Assembly (NCBI GenBank): GCA_949358305.1
Contig: OX442314.1
Location: 16,368,001 to 16,432,000, forward strand
DNA from: Strigamia acuminata
Taxonomy: Eukaryota
Direction of reading: 5' to 3'
DNA: 64,000 nt
The translations under genes were made by a program, and so were the position numbers. How positions within the stretch are numbered: the stretch's first letter is position 1; every line of letters starts with the position of its first letter. Shown here in pieces: positions 1-13,508 of the stretch. The notes beneath the pieces are model-generated. The model made no database searches and was not told the DNA's origin. It saw nothing but the letters and a program-made list of their open reading frames with translations.

Positions 1-1429
1 AGCCAGAGACTTTAGGTAATATACCATAGCTGGGTCCGTGTGATTCCAATGGCTAGCCAATAATTTCACCTCAACCTGCCTCTCTATTGCAGCTTTTTTA
101 AGTGCATCGTCTATCAGGGGCCAAAACCTGTAATAAAACGGTTTTCAATTTATTTATTTACAATTCATTATTACTACTTCACCTACATTGGCCGAGTTGT
201 GTAAATTGTAGCTGGAAAATAGTCCATAACAGCAACATAAATATATTTTTCAGCGCTGTTAATAACATCCAAAATAGCATCGATATCCGATGTTCGACCT
301 TGAGCACAAAATGGTGGCGGTGAACTCTAATTAAGTAATTGTTTGGTATAAAATAAATAATCAGGTTTCTCTATTTTATGTTTAACATTACGGCTAAGTA
401 TGTGTATGTGTTTGAATCGTTGAATTTAACGTGCAATGGAGACGTGCTGTTGTATCGAGTCGAGTATTCTTCGGGCCAATGCGGTGGAATTTCTGCTCCG
501 GGTTGGCCCAAATCCCAATAAATTTGAAATATTTTTGACATATCCTCGGCCAGACAGCTACAATTGTGAATTGCAACACCTAGTTCCTTAACCTTTGGTG
601 ATTTAAAACAAGCTCAAACGATTTTTCGTTAAAAATAAACAATTCTTTCAAACTATACCTGAGTAAGTGATCTCCAATCTAAATTCGCACTACCCAAATA
701 AATATGCGTGTTGTCAACCAGCCACATTTTCGTATGTAAAATGCCGCCACCCATTAGTTTTTGAAAGTCCAAACTTCGAACTTCCGCGGCCTTTTTCGCC
801 TGCAATTCTTCAGTATCTAAATTAGGTTGTGACGGGGCTGGTTGGTTTTGGGCAATTCGAATTTTGATGTTCCGCTCAGTGCCCGCTTTAAGTAACTCTG
901 AGAAAATTTGTTCGCCTTGCCAATCCGATGGGTCGCGCCAAACGTCACTACCACGAAGTGTCCAATACGACGAAGCGATATCGATGGATTTCTTAGCATT
1001 TCGTATCAGACCGAGCCAACTGTCAAAAACTGACAAATTGTCAACTGTGCTGTTGTTATACACCAAGTCTTCCGGTATACTTTCCAAAATGACCAATCTG
1101 GAAGTATAGGGCAAAAGATCAATGTCAATACGCGTTTTACCATTATAGTGATCGATTTTACAAAACCTGCAATTGTCAGTACATCTATCCCATCGCATGA
1201 GAAAGGATTTTATTTCGACTGCATCTCTCGCTTCTTTTCTTTGTCCCAAAAATGGCAAGACCACGACCAAAACTATCAGAACCAGGATTATAGTTACAGG
1301 AATACAAGATGGTTTCAACCAGTGACTCCATTTATCTTCCCCAGTGTCTTTAGAATGTAAAAGGTCGACGTCTGACTTTGAAATATCATTTTCAGACGAC
1401 TTGTCTATAGTTTCATTACTACTCTCATT
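1..1429 (-). CDS. PLD3: Phospholipase D3-like (PLD3/PLD4 family) multi-exon gene; 3' end runs off the window start, first exon uncertain (possibly near 1973-1984)
   Basis: TM anchor ([19 protein letters not shown]), [11 protein letters not shown]-like motif [25 protein letters not shown]. Downstream exons give [23 protein letters not shown] and [13 protein letters not shown]. Introns are GT-AG. Confidence 0.9.
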
Positions 1430-2368
1430 CTGCAAAGATAAATAATAATACATTAGGGTATATTTTGAATTTTCTGCGATGAGGCCATCTCCATCTATTG
1501 CCAATTTCATACATTGTCACGTTTATATGCATTAAACAATGGTCAATGCCATTAACAATGATCGTTGCAACAAATACATTAACAACAATAGCCAATGGGT
1601 TTTTACTCTGAGCTGTTCATCAATTTAGGTCATTAATAATGATTATAACACTGGTCTAACGTAACAGTATACAAATATCTAGTATAAAATATCTAGAAGT
1701 CACGACTTTTGATTTGGAACCAAATGCGTGGGGATGAATAACAATTCTACCTCTCCTTTTATAGCTTAATGATTTTTGAAAAACAATTTACAACCTATTA
1801 AACAATTAAAGAACCCGTTAAAACGTAATAATTGAACAACCCACGTAGCATTTAATATTCAATCTTGAGACATAAAATTTACTTAAAAGGAGGTGTAGGG
1901 GAAAAGTGTGGAAGAAAATATAATAATTATTGTAATAGTGTAGTTGCTAAATCATTTTTCCAGAAAACAGACCTCGGCTCTCATTTTTATGCATTTCGTA
2001 GATCAGGTAAACGGAAAACGAGATACGGCTACAAACACCACTCCCAGAAGGAATAACCCCCTTTCGAACAACTTATTCCGAGACTTATTCTGATTTCATC
2101 ACAGATGTCAAGGATATCTCCAGGTTCTTGCAATTAATTGAAAAATATATATATTTATCACACATATTAGATTGGAAAATGATTCAAACCACTTTATTTT
2201 GTAAAAATGGCAATAAAATACACAATTCTATTGAGGACTTTTCTGGTTTTTTTTTTGTCAACAATCTTTTTTGTGTGTTGATCCTGCTTCTCATCAGAAA
2301 AAAAAGTTTATTTTTAGAGAATCTATGTCCAGATTAAAATAAAGTCAATGACGTAAGCCTGTCACCGT

Positions 2369-2378
2369 GGGTTTTTCC
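2369..2378 (+). promoter_or_regulatory. kappaB/Dorsal-type site GGGTTTTTCC in the divergent PLD3/dorsal intergenic region
   Basis: Matches the GGG(W)5CC Dorsal consensus; CRE-like TGACGT motifs lie nearby (~2349, ~2499). Confidence 0.35.
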
Positions 2379-3040
2379 CATTGACTAGCCGATCGCAGCG
2401 CCCTCAACTATGGCGGCAATGCATGAAATAAATAACATGGTAGAGAAACTCGACCAATCACATCGCGCAAATTACAATAAATGTTCGTAACAGGGAAATG
2501 ACGTGACCGAATAACAGCGACCAATCGTCGGACGATACTCGATTTTTCTTCGAAAGTTCGTGTTTTCCTCTTCCGTGAAGCTGATTTCATATGAATCATA
2601 GGACGAGTGGACAAGTAGCTAGACGCACTTTCTCTCTGCAGTTATCATGTTCACACTGACAATCGCCACTCGTTCACATTTTATCACCACTGTATAGAAA
2701 CTAGGTAAGTTAGATTGAGAAATAACAATTTGTAGGAAAAAAATCAAGGACAAGGTTACCAGTCTTGATTTATATACTAATGTCGCAATGTTCATTTGAG
2801 ATTCAGAGAATTTGTCTGAACTTATGAAAAAATTTAAAACGTGTGAAAATTCGATAAAAGTTGTAGGTAAAATGGTGAAAAATTGTGGTTTTTTAAGTAC
2901 GTTTGACATTTTACAACTTTGTTATCAGCTTTTTTCACGTTTTATTTATTTAATCTTATAAGCACTTGGAACATAGTTACCCACAGAATAGGTCTAGGCG
3001 TTTGTGTACTCATTTTATCTCACTATTTAGACCTGTATGC

Positions 3041-6000
3041 ATGGAGAACACCTCGACTACATCACGGATTAAATTTCATAGCCAAAGTGAAGACAGCAGC
3101 AGTAGTAATCACGATATCACAATCGAAGATGTTGGTTTGTACACATTTGTCATTTTTGAACGTTTAATTTTGTATTTTTTTTACTTAAATAGTTATTTTT
3201 TTACGTTGATAACTTTTATTTTTAATTCTATCGGCGAGTTTCGAATTTAAGTTTAATTGTTATTGATAGAAAGTGAAATAAAGGTGTGGTTCGAAAACGG
3301 GGACATGATAGGAAAATCTCTCGTTTCTGTATGGAAACGAGCACCGTAAAGAGGAAAAAAAATGTTTTCTCTGTTTAGTTCTGGGAATTTTTCTTTCATT
3401 TCGTTTTATCTGAAATCAGATTTTTTTAAAAATAATTTGAAATTTGATTTGAAAAAATTAATTCAACCTTAATTTATTTGTACATTTATTTATTTATTTA
3501 TTTATTTATTTTCAGTTATGTTTGTTTTTATTTATTTTTTATTTATGATTTTATTTTGTTTTATTTTGTTTAGATTTAATTTAATCGAGTACGAGCGAGT
3601 AAAGTCCTGATTTACGTACGTCTATATTATTTTTATTTTATTTTAAATAAAAGAAAAATGTTCTAGTCACATGGCGATTTTTTTCTCTTAAAAATTACTT
3701 TAAATTACATTGAAAGATCAAAGATTGATATCTTAAAAAAAGTGAAAGTATAATTTATTTTAATTTTATCGCTGTGTGATTTCTTCTAAACACCTACCTA
3801 AATTAACTCGTTGTTCCGTATTTAAACAGATGAGGTGATCCAACGAGCCTGCTCGCAAGGTCTATGGTCTACGGAAGAAGAAAATTCACACTCGCATGTT
3901 AAACCGTCAAAAAAAATGGCCTCGGATATAGCTCGCAACCGGCCATTTATTAAAATTACAGAGCAACCGGCTTCAAAAGCGCTCCGATTTCGATACGAAT
4001 GCGAGGGCCGATCTGCAGGAAGTTTGCCCGGTGCAAACAGCACGCAAGAAGTGAGAACCTACCCGACGATACAAGTAAAAGAATTTATTATTACAAAGTT
4101 AAATCTCCAAATTTTTAATTTTTTAACTTTTTTTAACAATTAGATCATGAATTATAGAGGACCAGTCGTCGTCGTAGTATCGTGCATCACTAAAGATTTA
4201 CCATACCGGCCACACCCGCACAAATTAGTGGGAAAAGATGGATGCAAAAGAGGAATTTGCACCATGACGGTTAACTCTGAGAATATGATTTGCACGTAGG
4301 AAATTTTGATTTAAAATCAATGTGTAATATTAAAGTTAGAATTTATCGCGTAGGTTTTCCAATCTTGGAATTCAGTGCGTTAAGAAAAAAGACGTTGATG
4401 AAGCTTTGCGGGAGAGGGAAGTGCTTCGCGTGGATCCATTCAGAAGTACGACGCAATTAACGAGTCATTTGTGATGGATAATTACTAAAAGATTAGTTTT
4501 ATTTATCATTAGCGGGCTTTGATCATCGAAATCAAGCGAGTAACATCGACTTAAATTCAGTCCGGCTTTGTTTCCAAGCATTTATTGAGGGCTCTGAGAA
4601 AGATAAATTTACTCAGGCATTAACTCCTGTCGTATCAGATGCAATAACAGATAAAAGTAAATTTAAATTTATTCTATCGATTGTATTTTAAAATATCTCT
4701 CGATTCTCAATAGAGGCTACGGCGGAACTTGTAATATGCAAAATGAGTTCTTGTTCGGGGAGTGCCGATGGTAAAACTGAAATTATTTTGTTATGCGAAA
4801 AAATTGCGAAAGGTAAATATATTTAGTCGGTGTAATAATTACACGTATAAATAATTTGTAATTTTTTTTTTAATTAGATGATATTGACCTCGTGTTTTCT
4901 GAAGAGGAAAATGGTCGAGTTGTTTGGGAAGCATTAGGCGAATTCCAACCTAATGATGTCCATAAACAAGTATGTTGAACATTCCTCTTTTCCGGTTGTG
5001 ATTTGGAAATATATTTAGTGTTTTTTAAAATGGTATTTATTAGGTCGCAATTACATTTCGAACTCCGCCCTACTACAATAAAGAAATCGTGCAACCAGTC
5101 GAGGTGCGTCTGCAACTTCGACGCAAATCGGACTTGACGATGAGTGAACCGAGGGCCTTTCAATACACACCTTTAGATTTAGGTATAAGGACTTTATCTT
5201 CGAAACGACTCAAGTTGGAATGCGAATTATTTCAACGAGTTTTATGTGCGTCCGAAGGAGGGGACCGAGAAACCAACGATTCGTCGGGCCCTTTTGTTGA
5301 TCCACTTGTAAATGGAATGACATCCGACGTCTCGATGGGATTAAAGCGCAAAAATTCCAGCGCTATATTGGATCTATTTGTTTAATCACAATTTTTAATT
5401 TAGAATTAAAGCGATTAATTTATTTTTAAATTCAGATTATATGCAATTATGTTTCTAAACATATCTGTGGCGATGATTTTATTTTATGTCGAAAGAAATT
5501 TTTGTTGGTCGGTTTTTCAAATATTTTTTATTTTTGTAGATCCACAAGGATTACAAAAAAAGCGTAAAAAAGTATCTGACGATAGTTTGCAGAAATATCT
5601 CAGTCAAAACACGACTATACCGTCAATGAGTGAGTATAGTATATTTTCAATATCTAATCTCCAACCTGCTGTTTTTCTTTATTTTATTTTACTTTCTTTC
5701 AGTAATACTTCTTTGCACTTTCTTTTATTTTATTCAATGATTTTAAGGCATAAGGAAATTTTTTTGCGGGGGTTTTCAATTATAATTTATCATTTTTTTT
5801 GTTTATCTTTTTTTATCATCACATTTGTCGATTCTTATTAATCATCAAGTTTATTTGTTTTATTATTTGATTAATTTAATTTCTATTTATTTTTAAAAGC
5901 GCAGGATGGAGTGATAAAAATATTAGATAATTGGAAGTAATATTTAAAAATTGAAAAAGAATTTGAAAACTTGTGCGGTGATTTTTCAAATTTAAATAAA

Positions 6001-7727
6001 AGTTTGACTGTGTGAGAGAATTTAGGACTTAGGAGCGTGTTTGTATAAATAGGTGGAAATTGCAGTTGCGACGGAAAAAAGTTTGTTGATTAATGAAATT
6101 GTTATCCGAAATGTTTTATGACGGGGAGAGATTTTGTTATTTGTAATTAAGTATATAAATAATAAAATTCTCAACCTAGCATTTGGTGTGTACTTTGTAA
6201 GTATAAACTGTTGAAGTTAATTGTTTGGGAAAATTTAAAAAAAAAAAAAAAAAAAATCAGTTATTGCTCAGAAAATGACAATTGTCAGATATTTAATGTA
6301 CAGTTCTAAAAAGGTTTCACAGTACGAGTGTATGAACATTTTGTGCCAAAGATTTTATTATTATTATTATTATTGAAACACTCCCAACTTATTGTAGGTA
6401 GTAGATAAGGTAAACATTTTTACGACGTTATAAGTGCAGATATTTTAGTAGTAAAAAAAAATAGCTTTGATACTGATCTTGATATGATTCTGGAATGGCA
6501 TGTTTTAACATTTAACAGTAGAATATTCATTAGTCTCGGGATAATGACATAATGTTAATAATTTGCTTGCATTTTTCCTCAATTAATTTTTAGCTTCCTT
6601 ATCAATGTAAGTATTAAAAAGTTCCACATGTGTTTTGTGGTTTCTAAAATCATTGATTGTGTTAATTCTTTTCCTATTTGTGTAATATGGTGGATTTATA
6701 TATTTGTAATAGATCGAAATTGATTATTTTGGTTATTTCTTTGCAAAGTAATTTTTTTAAGAAAATTTGCCAATATGTGAAAACAAAATTCAAAATAAAA
6801 GCTATAAAAACTTAAAGGAATCGTTTTCATTCCTGGTTTTCCTTTTCTTGGCTTTTTTTTTTATTTTCATATTTCTTTTTCGTTTTTTATTTTATTTTTA
6901 TTTTATTTTTTTATTTTTTCAATTTTTATTTAAATGATTTTTAGGGCCAGTTGTGAGGCCTTTTTCAAGCGTACACCCTGTTCCATCAACTTCGGGTGGA
7001 AATATAATGGCTCCACGATCGGTTATTACACCTAAACGGTTCATTAAGCAAGAAGGTAATTTTTTTCATTTAATAAGTTTTATTTCCTTGTAAATAAAAA
7101 TGTCTAATTTTTTTGTTATCACGTTTTAAAGAACCTTCGCGGCTTCCTACACCAGTTTATACTTTTACAACTGCAAATACAATTGTACAGCAACCTATAA
7201 ATTTCTACCAGAGTATTGCGCAAACTTCCATTCCATCACAGTCACAATCACCATTCAATGATCGGATGCAAGTGTCGCCCAACCCATTGCAAATGAATAT
7301 GGGATTATCCAGCCATCAACCATCGCCCATGTCAACTGACACCTCTCAAACTTCTTGCTTAACTGAAGCGATGGCGGTTTTGGGTAATTTGGGTGATCCC
7401 AATTTGGGCGATCCAAATTTGGTTTATCAAAACGCTGCAGCTGCGAATCAGCAATTGTGTGGTGTCAAGGAAAAAGAGCCGAATCAAGAAGATATGCAAC
7501 TGACAAGTTTGGACTTTAATTTGTCGCTTGATTCGAATGACTTTAAGAATTTGTTGCCGGGTTCTGATGCAAGTCTCAATGCATTAGTTTCGACAATGAG
7601 CAATAACAGTCTTCATTTTTCATCTTTAGACAGTATGGCTCCCGAAACACCCGACAGTTTCAACCTCATTCAAAACGAAATTATGCCTTTTACTCCAATG
7701 GGGCAAAACGTGCATCATCAGCAATGA
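3041..7727 (+). CDS. dl: Rel/NF-kappaB transcription factor, Dorsal-type (RHD, IPT, NLS, Q/S/P-rich transactivation tail), multi-exon
   Basis: [76 protein letters not shown] exon [12 protein letters not shown] at 5540. No ankyrin repeats, so not Relish. Confidence 0.95.
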
Positions 7728-8199
7728 CAGATTCATAATTGAAAGAAATTTTCTAAGATTACCCTATGTAACCTTTTTTTTTAATACTTGAAGTTTTTAT
7801 TCAATTGACAAATTTTGATGGATTAACAATTTTTACCTTTTATACTGTGTAGAAAGGTTAAGGTTCTAATGAATTAGCACTTTAGATGACAAATTTTAAA
7901 ACTCGATTTACCTGTGTTAATGTTCAACCGTTCTACCGTAAACGTTTATTTTGTTGACTCTAATTTTCATACATTTGTTACGGATTTCTGGAAATATTTT
8001 TGAATTGTTTGTTGAACATGAGTAAAATAATCAAATTTTGGTTTGAAAAAATGTATTTTTATATATATCCTTGTTGAACATAATTTTTATAAATTTTGTT
8101 TGTTATTCATGTATTTTATTATAGAGTCAATTGTATCTTTGTACGAATAAATACTTCAGAAGGTAAAAATAATTTTTTTTATTTTTATTGAGATCATTT

Positions 8200-10635
8200 T
8201 TATGTAGATGATTCTTCTTCTTCAATAGTGGGTGGCCAGTCTAATTGCACAGACTAAAATATAAACAAAAACTATAAATCCAATTCCAAAGACATTTCTG
8301 CATATTTTACCTCGACATCCAATTCTAAAATATCAGTTTCAACATTAAGTAAAGTTCCCAGGCTCGGTTCCGTTCTGCCAAAATCTCCGTGTACAAATTC
8401 TTTAACGTAACTGGAAATTAATGTAAGGAATTTTGTCTAGTTTAACCTCAATTTATATTTTTCTTTCAAATAAAGGATACGTTCCAGCCTGAGTGGTTAA
8501 AACGATCTTAAAATGATATGTATCGATCAGCGAAGCTTTAATCTCGTGCACGACCCTCTGTCGTACTGCGAGAGGCCGTCTGTGCAAAACACGAATTGGT
8601 GTCTTTTGTCGAAGTGTCAAATTTTGAAAGTTTTGCAGCAAATTTAACCGTTCTGCAGTTAATGGTTGACGTGAAAAACAACGAGCTGAATATGTTTTGG
8701 TTTTTTTTTCTTCACCAACTCTCAATTCTGAAACCTCGTCTCTGTAAAAAGTAAGTCAGTCAAAGTGTATCCCAGTTCAGATTTTAAAAAACATACCTCC
8801 TCACTATTTGAAGATCTCGAACAGCTATATCATTTGTACTTTGATTAATTTCCTACAAACCAAAATTTCATTATTAGCCATCCTGATGAATTGACTAAAC
8901 ATTATATTTTACTTTTTGAAATGCTTGGATTTGACGTTGAGTAAACCGTATTCTCCGCGGGTTAACAAATTCCAATACAAATGGACGACCTGTAACAATT
9001 TAATTTTTACTTATTCAATTATTTTTTTCTTAGGTAAATTAAATTAATAATATTTCAAACCTCTTCCTAATGTTCTGACATCAACATCTTCACGCCCCGA
9101 CGCAGAAAATTTGACATCTAGACCATTAATTTGATTTAATTAATGAATAACGCAATTTTTCCACTTATTTCCCTACCATCGGCTTTAAAATAAATTTCTA
9201 GTTTTTCACAAATCAATTCTTGAATTGATGTTTCCATCAACTTCTCACCATCTATTAGCCATGGAGTTTGGCTTAACTTTCTGGAAAATTTGTTGTACCG
9301 TCCTAAATGTAAGAAAAATGGAATTTAATGAAGGAAAATTCATTAAAATCTACTTCGAACCTCCTAGATATAACGATTTGTGGAAACATTTTACTTCCTT
9401 GTAAAATGATACCGAATTAGGAATCAATGGAGGCCATTGTGTGCAGCTGTAAGTAATTTATATTTAATTTATATCCATTATTTTAACTTATACAATTAAC
9501 TCCCTTTGGACCGGGCATAGATCTAGACAGAAAGTCTCTCTGGGCACTCGTCTAGACCGGGCGCTTTTTCCTGGATCCGCCTTTGCCCGGTCTAGAGGGA
9601 GTTCACCGTACATTAATAATTCATATTATACCTTATAATCTTTTCGTCATCGAGTTCTGTTATTGCTTTTTCCACTTTGGCACGAGAAGGACCAAATTTC
9701 TAAAAAAAAAAAAAAAAATTAAATATCAGGGTATTTTAAAACTGAATTACTTGTAAATTGTAATCTTACTTTTAAATTTTTCTTCGGAGTGTTATCGATC
9801 CAGTCCAACTTATTCAAACTGTAAAAAGATAAAAAGATAAAATTTGATTTATGGTATTAAAATACTTTTCTTCTTTTTTTTCCCCAATTTCCTTACATTT
9901 CTTCACATTCCTTTGAATCATTTTCATAATTCGTTGTAATAATAATATCAAATTTGCTAACAAAGTTAAATGAAACATGGAATTCATTTTCAACCATTGC
10001 GCCTACAATCCACTTCCACACTTCTTTAACACTCGATGGCTGTTGATTCGCATACATTTTTGGAAATTTTCTTTTCAAATAAACTTGAATAATATGCTAA
10101 AAAAAAAAGAAACACAAAAGAAACAAAGTTACAGCAAAAATAAGCGGAAACTACGGTATACTTACGTCTTGCAAAATACAACACAGGGGGATTGTTAAAG
10201 CCAATACAAAATCTTCAAACTGATAATCCAATCTTTTTACACTAGCAATAATCTATAAAAAAAAATAATTAATAACTTGCGAGTCTTGAATAAACCACCC
10301 GTACTTGTGAAATTTCAGAAATGTCACACAATTCTTGCAAGATCCCATAGCAAGCAACACAAGGGTTTAAACGTTCCCTCTTCACTTTAGGCGCTTCATT
10401 GTCAATTTTCTCATCGAGATATTTAGCAATTTCCTATAAAAATATTAATTTATATTTTATAAAGTTAAAGCCAGGCGAAACTTTTAGTATGACAAACTTC
10501 TTTGACAGCTTCGACAGACCGAAAAACCTCAATTTCCTTCACGTTAATATATCGTAAAATGCATTTAGGACAAAATCCTGCATGCTGTAGTTCCTTAACA
10601 ATACTTGTCACTTCTTCCTTAGCATCCGTAATCAT
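8200..10635 (-). CDS. PUS10: tRNA pseudouridine synthase Pus10, multi-exon (start approximate)
   Basis: N-terminal C-x2-C (FCPKCILRY), GRYNKFSRKLSQTPW, catalytic FSASGREDVDVRTLG, QKTPIRVLHRR, TQAGTYVKEFVHGDFGRT, LDWPP. Confidence 0.95.
8411..8480 (-). other. U12-type (minor spliceosome) GT-AG intron in PUS10
   Basis: The 5' splice site is GTATCCTTT, and a branch-like TTCCTTACA lies ~11 nt before the CAG acceptor. The intron splits AGT/YVKE. Confidence 0.8.
9493..9608. mobile_element. 116-bp Tc1/mariner-type MITE in a PUS10 intron
   Basis: Imperfect TIRs (aactccctttggaccgggca / tgcccggtctagagggagtt) flanked by TA on both sides. Confidence 0.7.
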
Positions 10636-10922
10636 CTTCAGACTTGGTATCAATCAATTCAACGTGTGTTGGCTTTTGTTGGCTTACACGATAGTCTACC
10701 TAACCGCCGCCAGTGCACGACACGTATCCGTATTCTTACCGGAAGTTGTCGGTTTCTGGCTGGTTGGATGGTTGGATCAGCTGCTTGTCATCTTTTTGTG
10801 TGGACGATATATTTGTTATACACTTTGGGTGGAGACGTGGAGGTTTGATCGTTTAGATCGAATGAAATGTTTACTTCTGCTTTTCCTTTGTGTTATTTTT
10901 AAATTCCCACGTGTCAATTGCC

Positions 10923-11826
10923 ATGTGTGCAATGTTTAAATCAAATCCAGATTATGATGCAGAAAATTATTTCTCGTCGATTAATTCAATGGCCAAACGG
11001 ATTGTCATGGACACTGTTTCATTGCAAGCAACTCATGCGGAAAAATGGAAAGACCTTCAATATTCCGATCAGGATGATTTAATAACGCAGAATTTCATGA
11101 AACCAGCTATGACGGAAAATCAGCTCAATGTTTCTTCCTCAACCGAACAGAATTGTTTTCCAAAATTGAAGATTACGCCTGGGCAAAAAATTGTTGTTGA
11201 AGAGGACAATGCGAATAGATTAAGAGCTGTAATTGATATTTATATAAGTGGTTTTAATTTCTCGGCTGAATTCTGCTTTGAATTTTAGGGCAAATCGTGG
11301 CGAGATGAACATTCTGCTCCTTTTATGTGGGAATCGAAAGTAAATTGCACGTACATAATAATTGTATCTACTAAAATGATTTTATTTTTTAGAGTCAACT
11401 AAATTTGAGTTATATATTGCAAGAAATTCCACCTGAAACTCCAAACGTGGAGGAAATGAAACCCGAGGAAGTTGTAGCTGTTGACATGAAGCCGGAACAT
11501 GAAGCGAGTGAAACTTGCGATGCTGAATCTCAGAATGTTAAACAGCAAAGTTTTAAAATGAAGGAAGAGGTTGTAAAGAGAAGTCATTCGAAAAAGAAGA
11601 TTGCACCTCCGATTCCAATTCCGGTTACAGCCCAGAAAGAGGTGGAACCTGCTGCAGTGAGAAAAGAGATTAAGGTTGAAAAAATGCATTCACCGGTATC
11701 TGACGATGAAAACGTAATTCAGTGGACAAACAAAAGCAGAATAGTTTTTACGTTTAATACCTTTTCTTCTTTTTATTTTAGGATGGTATTCCAAAAACTG
11801 GATTTGATTTTTTGGATAATTGGTAG
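10923..11826 (+). CDS. C1orf198: C1orf198-like (DUF4706) protein, multi-exon
   Basis: CFPKLKITPGQKIV, SWRDEHSAPFMWESKSQL and the C-terminal signature KTGFDFLDNW-stop. Confidence 0.85.
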
Positions 11827-12225
11827 GCCGTATTTTGTTCATGTTCAACAGCAATAATTAATAAACATTGAAACTTGTTGTATGTACAATATGTTCTGCG
11901 AATATTTGTAACACTTAACATATATATTTATACTTTTTACCACTAAGCTTTTGTATTTATTTTTAATTTTTTTATTCAATAAAAGTGTTTACAGCCTTGA
12001 TATTTATTTCTTCGATTCTGTTTCAAACAGTAATTAACATTTTATTTTCAGGTGTTTCATTACGGTATTATTTATTATTGAAATAGAATAAACCACCACT
12101 AGATGTCGTTAAACTTGAGGTACGTAGCGAAATGTAGATGGCGATTGTGATGATGAGTTCATGAGTGCTACAAACGTGGCATCGTTTTTGTAGATTTAAT
12201 CAGCCTTAATTTTCAAATTTTCGTC

Positions 12226-13508
12226 ATGGGTCTCTGTAAATGTCCGAAAAAGAAGGTGACAAACCAGTTCTGCTTTGAACATCGAGTCAATGTGTGCGAG
12301 CATTGTATGGTGACGAACCATCCGAAGGTGTGTATTTCCCGGTGAAAAATAAAGAAATTGACATTGAATTTGTTTTATTATTTATTCTCTTAGTGCATTG
12401 TGCAGTCGTATTTACAATGGCTTCAAGATAGTGACTACAACCCCACCTGCGAATTATGTAAAACACAGTTGGAAGGAGAATGTGTCAGATTGACTTGTTA
12501 CCGTAAGTTTTGTCACAAGTAAACACCGTAAACATAAATTACAATATTACGATCTTTCTCTCTTTTGTCAGATGTTTTTCACTGGTCGTGCTTGGATAAT
12601 TTTGCCAGTGCACTCCCAGCTCACACGGCCCCGGCCGGCTACACATGCCCGAACTGTCACGTGTCAATTTTCCCCGCTCCAAATGTTGTTTCGCCAGTTG
12701 CTGACAATCTTCGGTCAATTTTGTCAAAAGCTGCTTGGGCTCGTCCTGCTTTTGGCCTGCCCTTGGCAAGTTTATTTTTATTTGTTATCGAAATTATCTT
12801 AATTAGTGTATTTACAGATTGAATCGGGCAGTGAAGATAATACGTCGGTCGTAACGAACGGAAATCATTCCTCCTCTGCGTTGGCTTCGTCTTCATTTAC
12901 ACACAAAGAATCTTTGTCCATTGAACCAAAAACAACAACTTGGTCTTCTTCCGTTGTTAATACGAACACCCAGAGAACTTCAACTAATGCCACTCACACT
13001 GCTGCAAACTTTGCTCCAACAAGTGTAACCTATCCTAGCGTAATATCTGGTTAGCAAACATGATTAGCAATTTTAAAAAAGGGCTTGTTTAATTAATTTT
13101 ATAATTTAGCTCAGGGTACTTCACCCAGGAAACTGTACGATTCAACTGATCACTTTTCACTGTTGAACACATCGACTGATCACGATGAAAATAAGTACAA
13201 AAGAAGATCCGCTCTTGAATGGCTAGCAAGATGGTTCAAGTAAATATTTTTTTGTTGGAAATACATAGAAGCATGAATTCCTTTGTTTTATGTTATTTAT
13301 TTTATTTTATTTTAGATCTCGAACAAATGCACGAGGTCGGCCTGATCCCCATTGGAGATTTAAGCGTTGGGTCATAGTGGCTATTCTTGTGTTGCTGGGC
13401 TTCTTCACGTTAATTATGGTTTTTATACGTCTGGGAAGAGCTGCAGCTGATGATGATCCTTTTTTAAACCCAATGGCTAATCCACAAATCAGAGTTAACG
13501 AAAGATAA
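12226..13508 (+). CDS. ZFPL1: Zinc finger protein-like 1 (Golgi membrane protein), multi-exon
   Basis: [67 protein letters not shown]-terminal TM and [15 protein letters not shown]. Confidence 0.96.

Noticed and set aside
653..1510. 285-aa ORF as a single-exon protein
   Set aside because: It reads through introns (acceptor at 1430-1432, intron 1098-1166) of the multi-exon PLD3 gene.
6594..6606. Possible dorsal micro-exon (tag/cttccttatcaat/gtaagt)
   Set aside because: Its 13 nt would shift the frame, and the flanking exons already join in phase.
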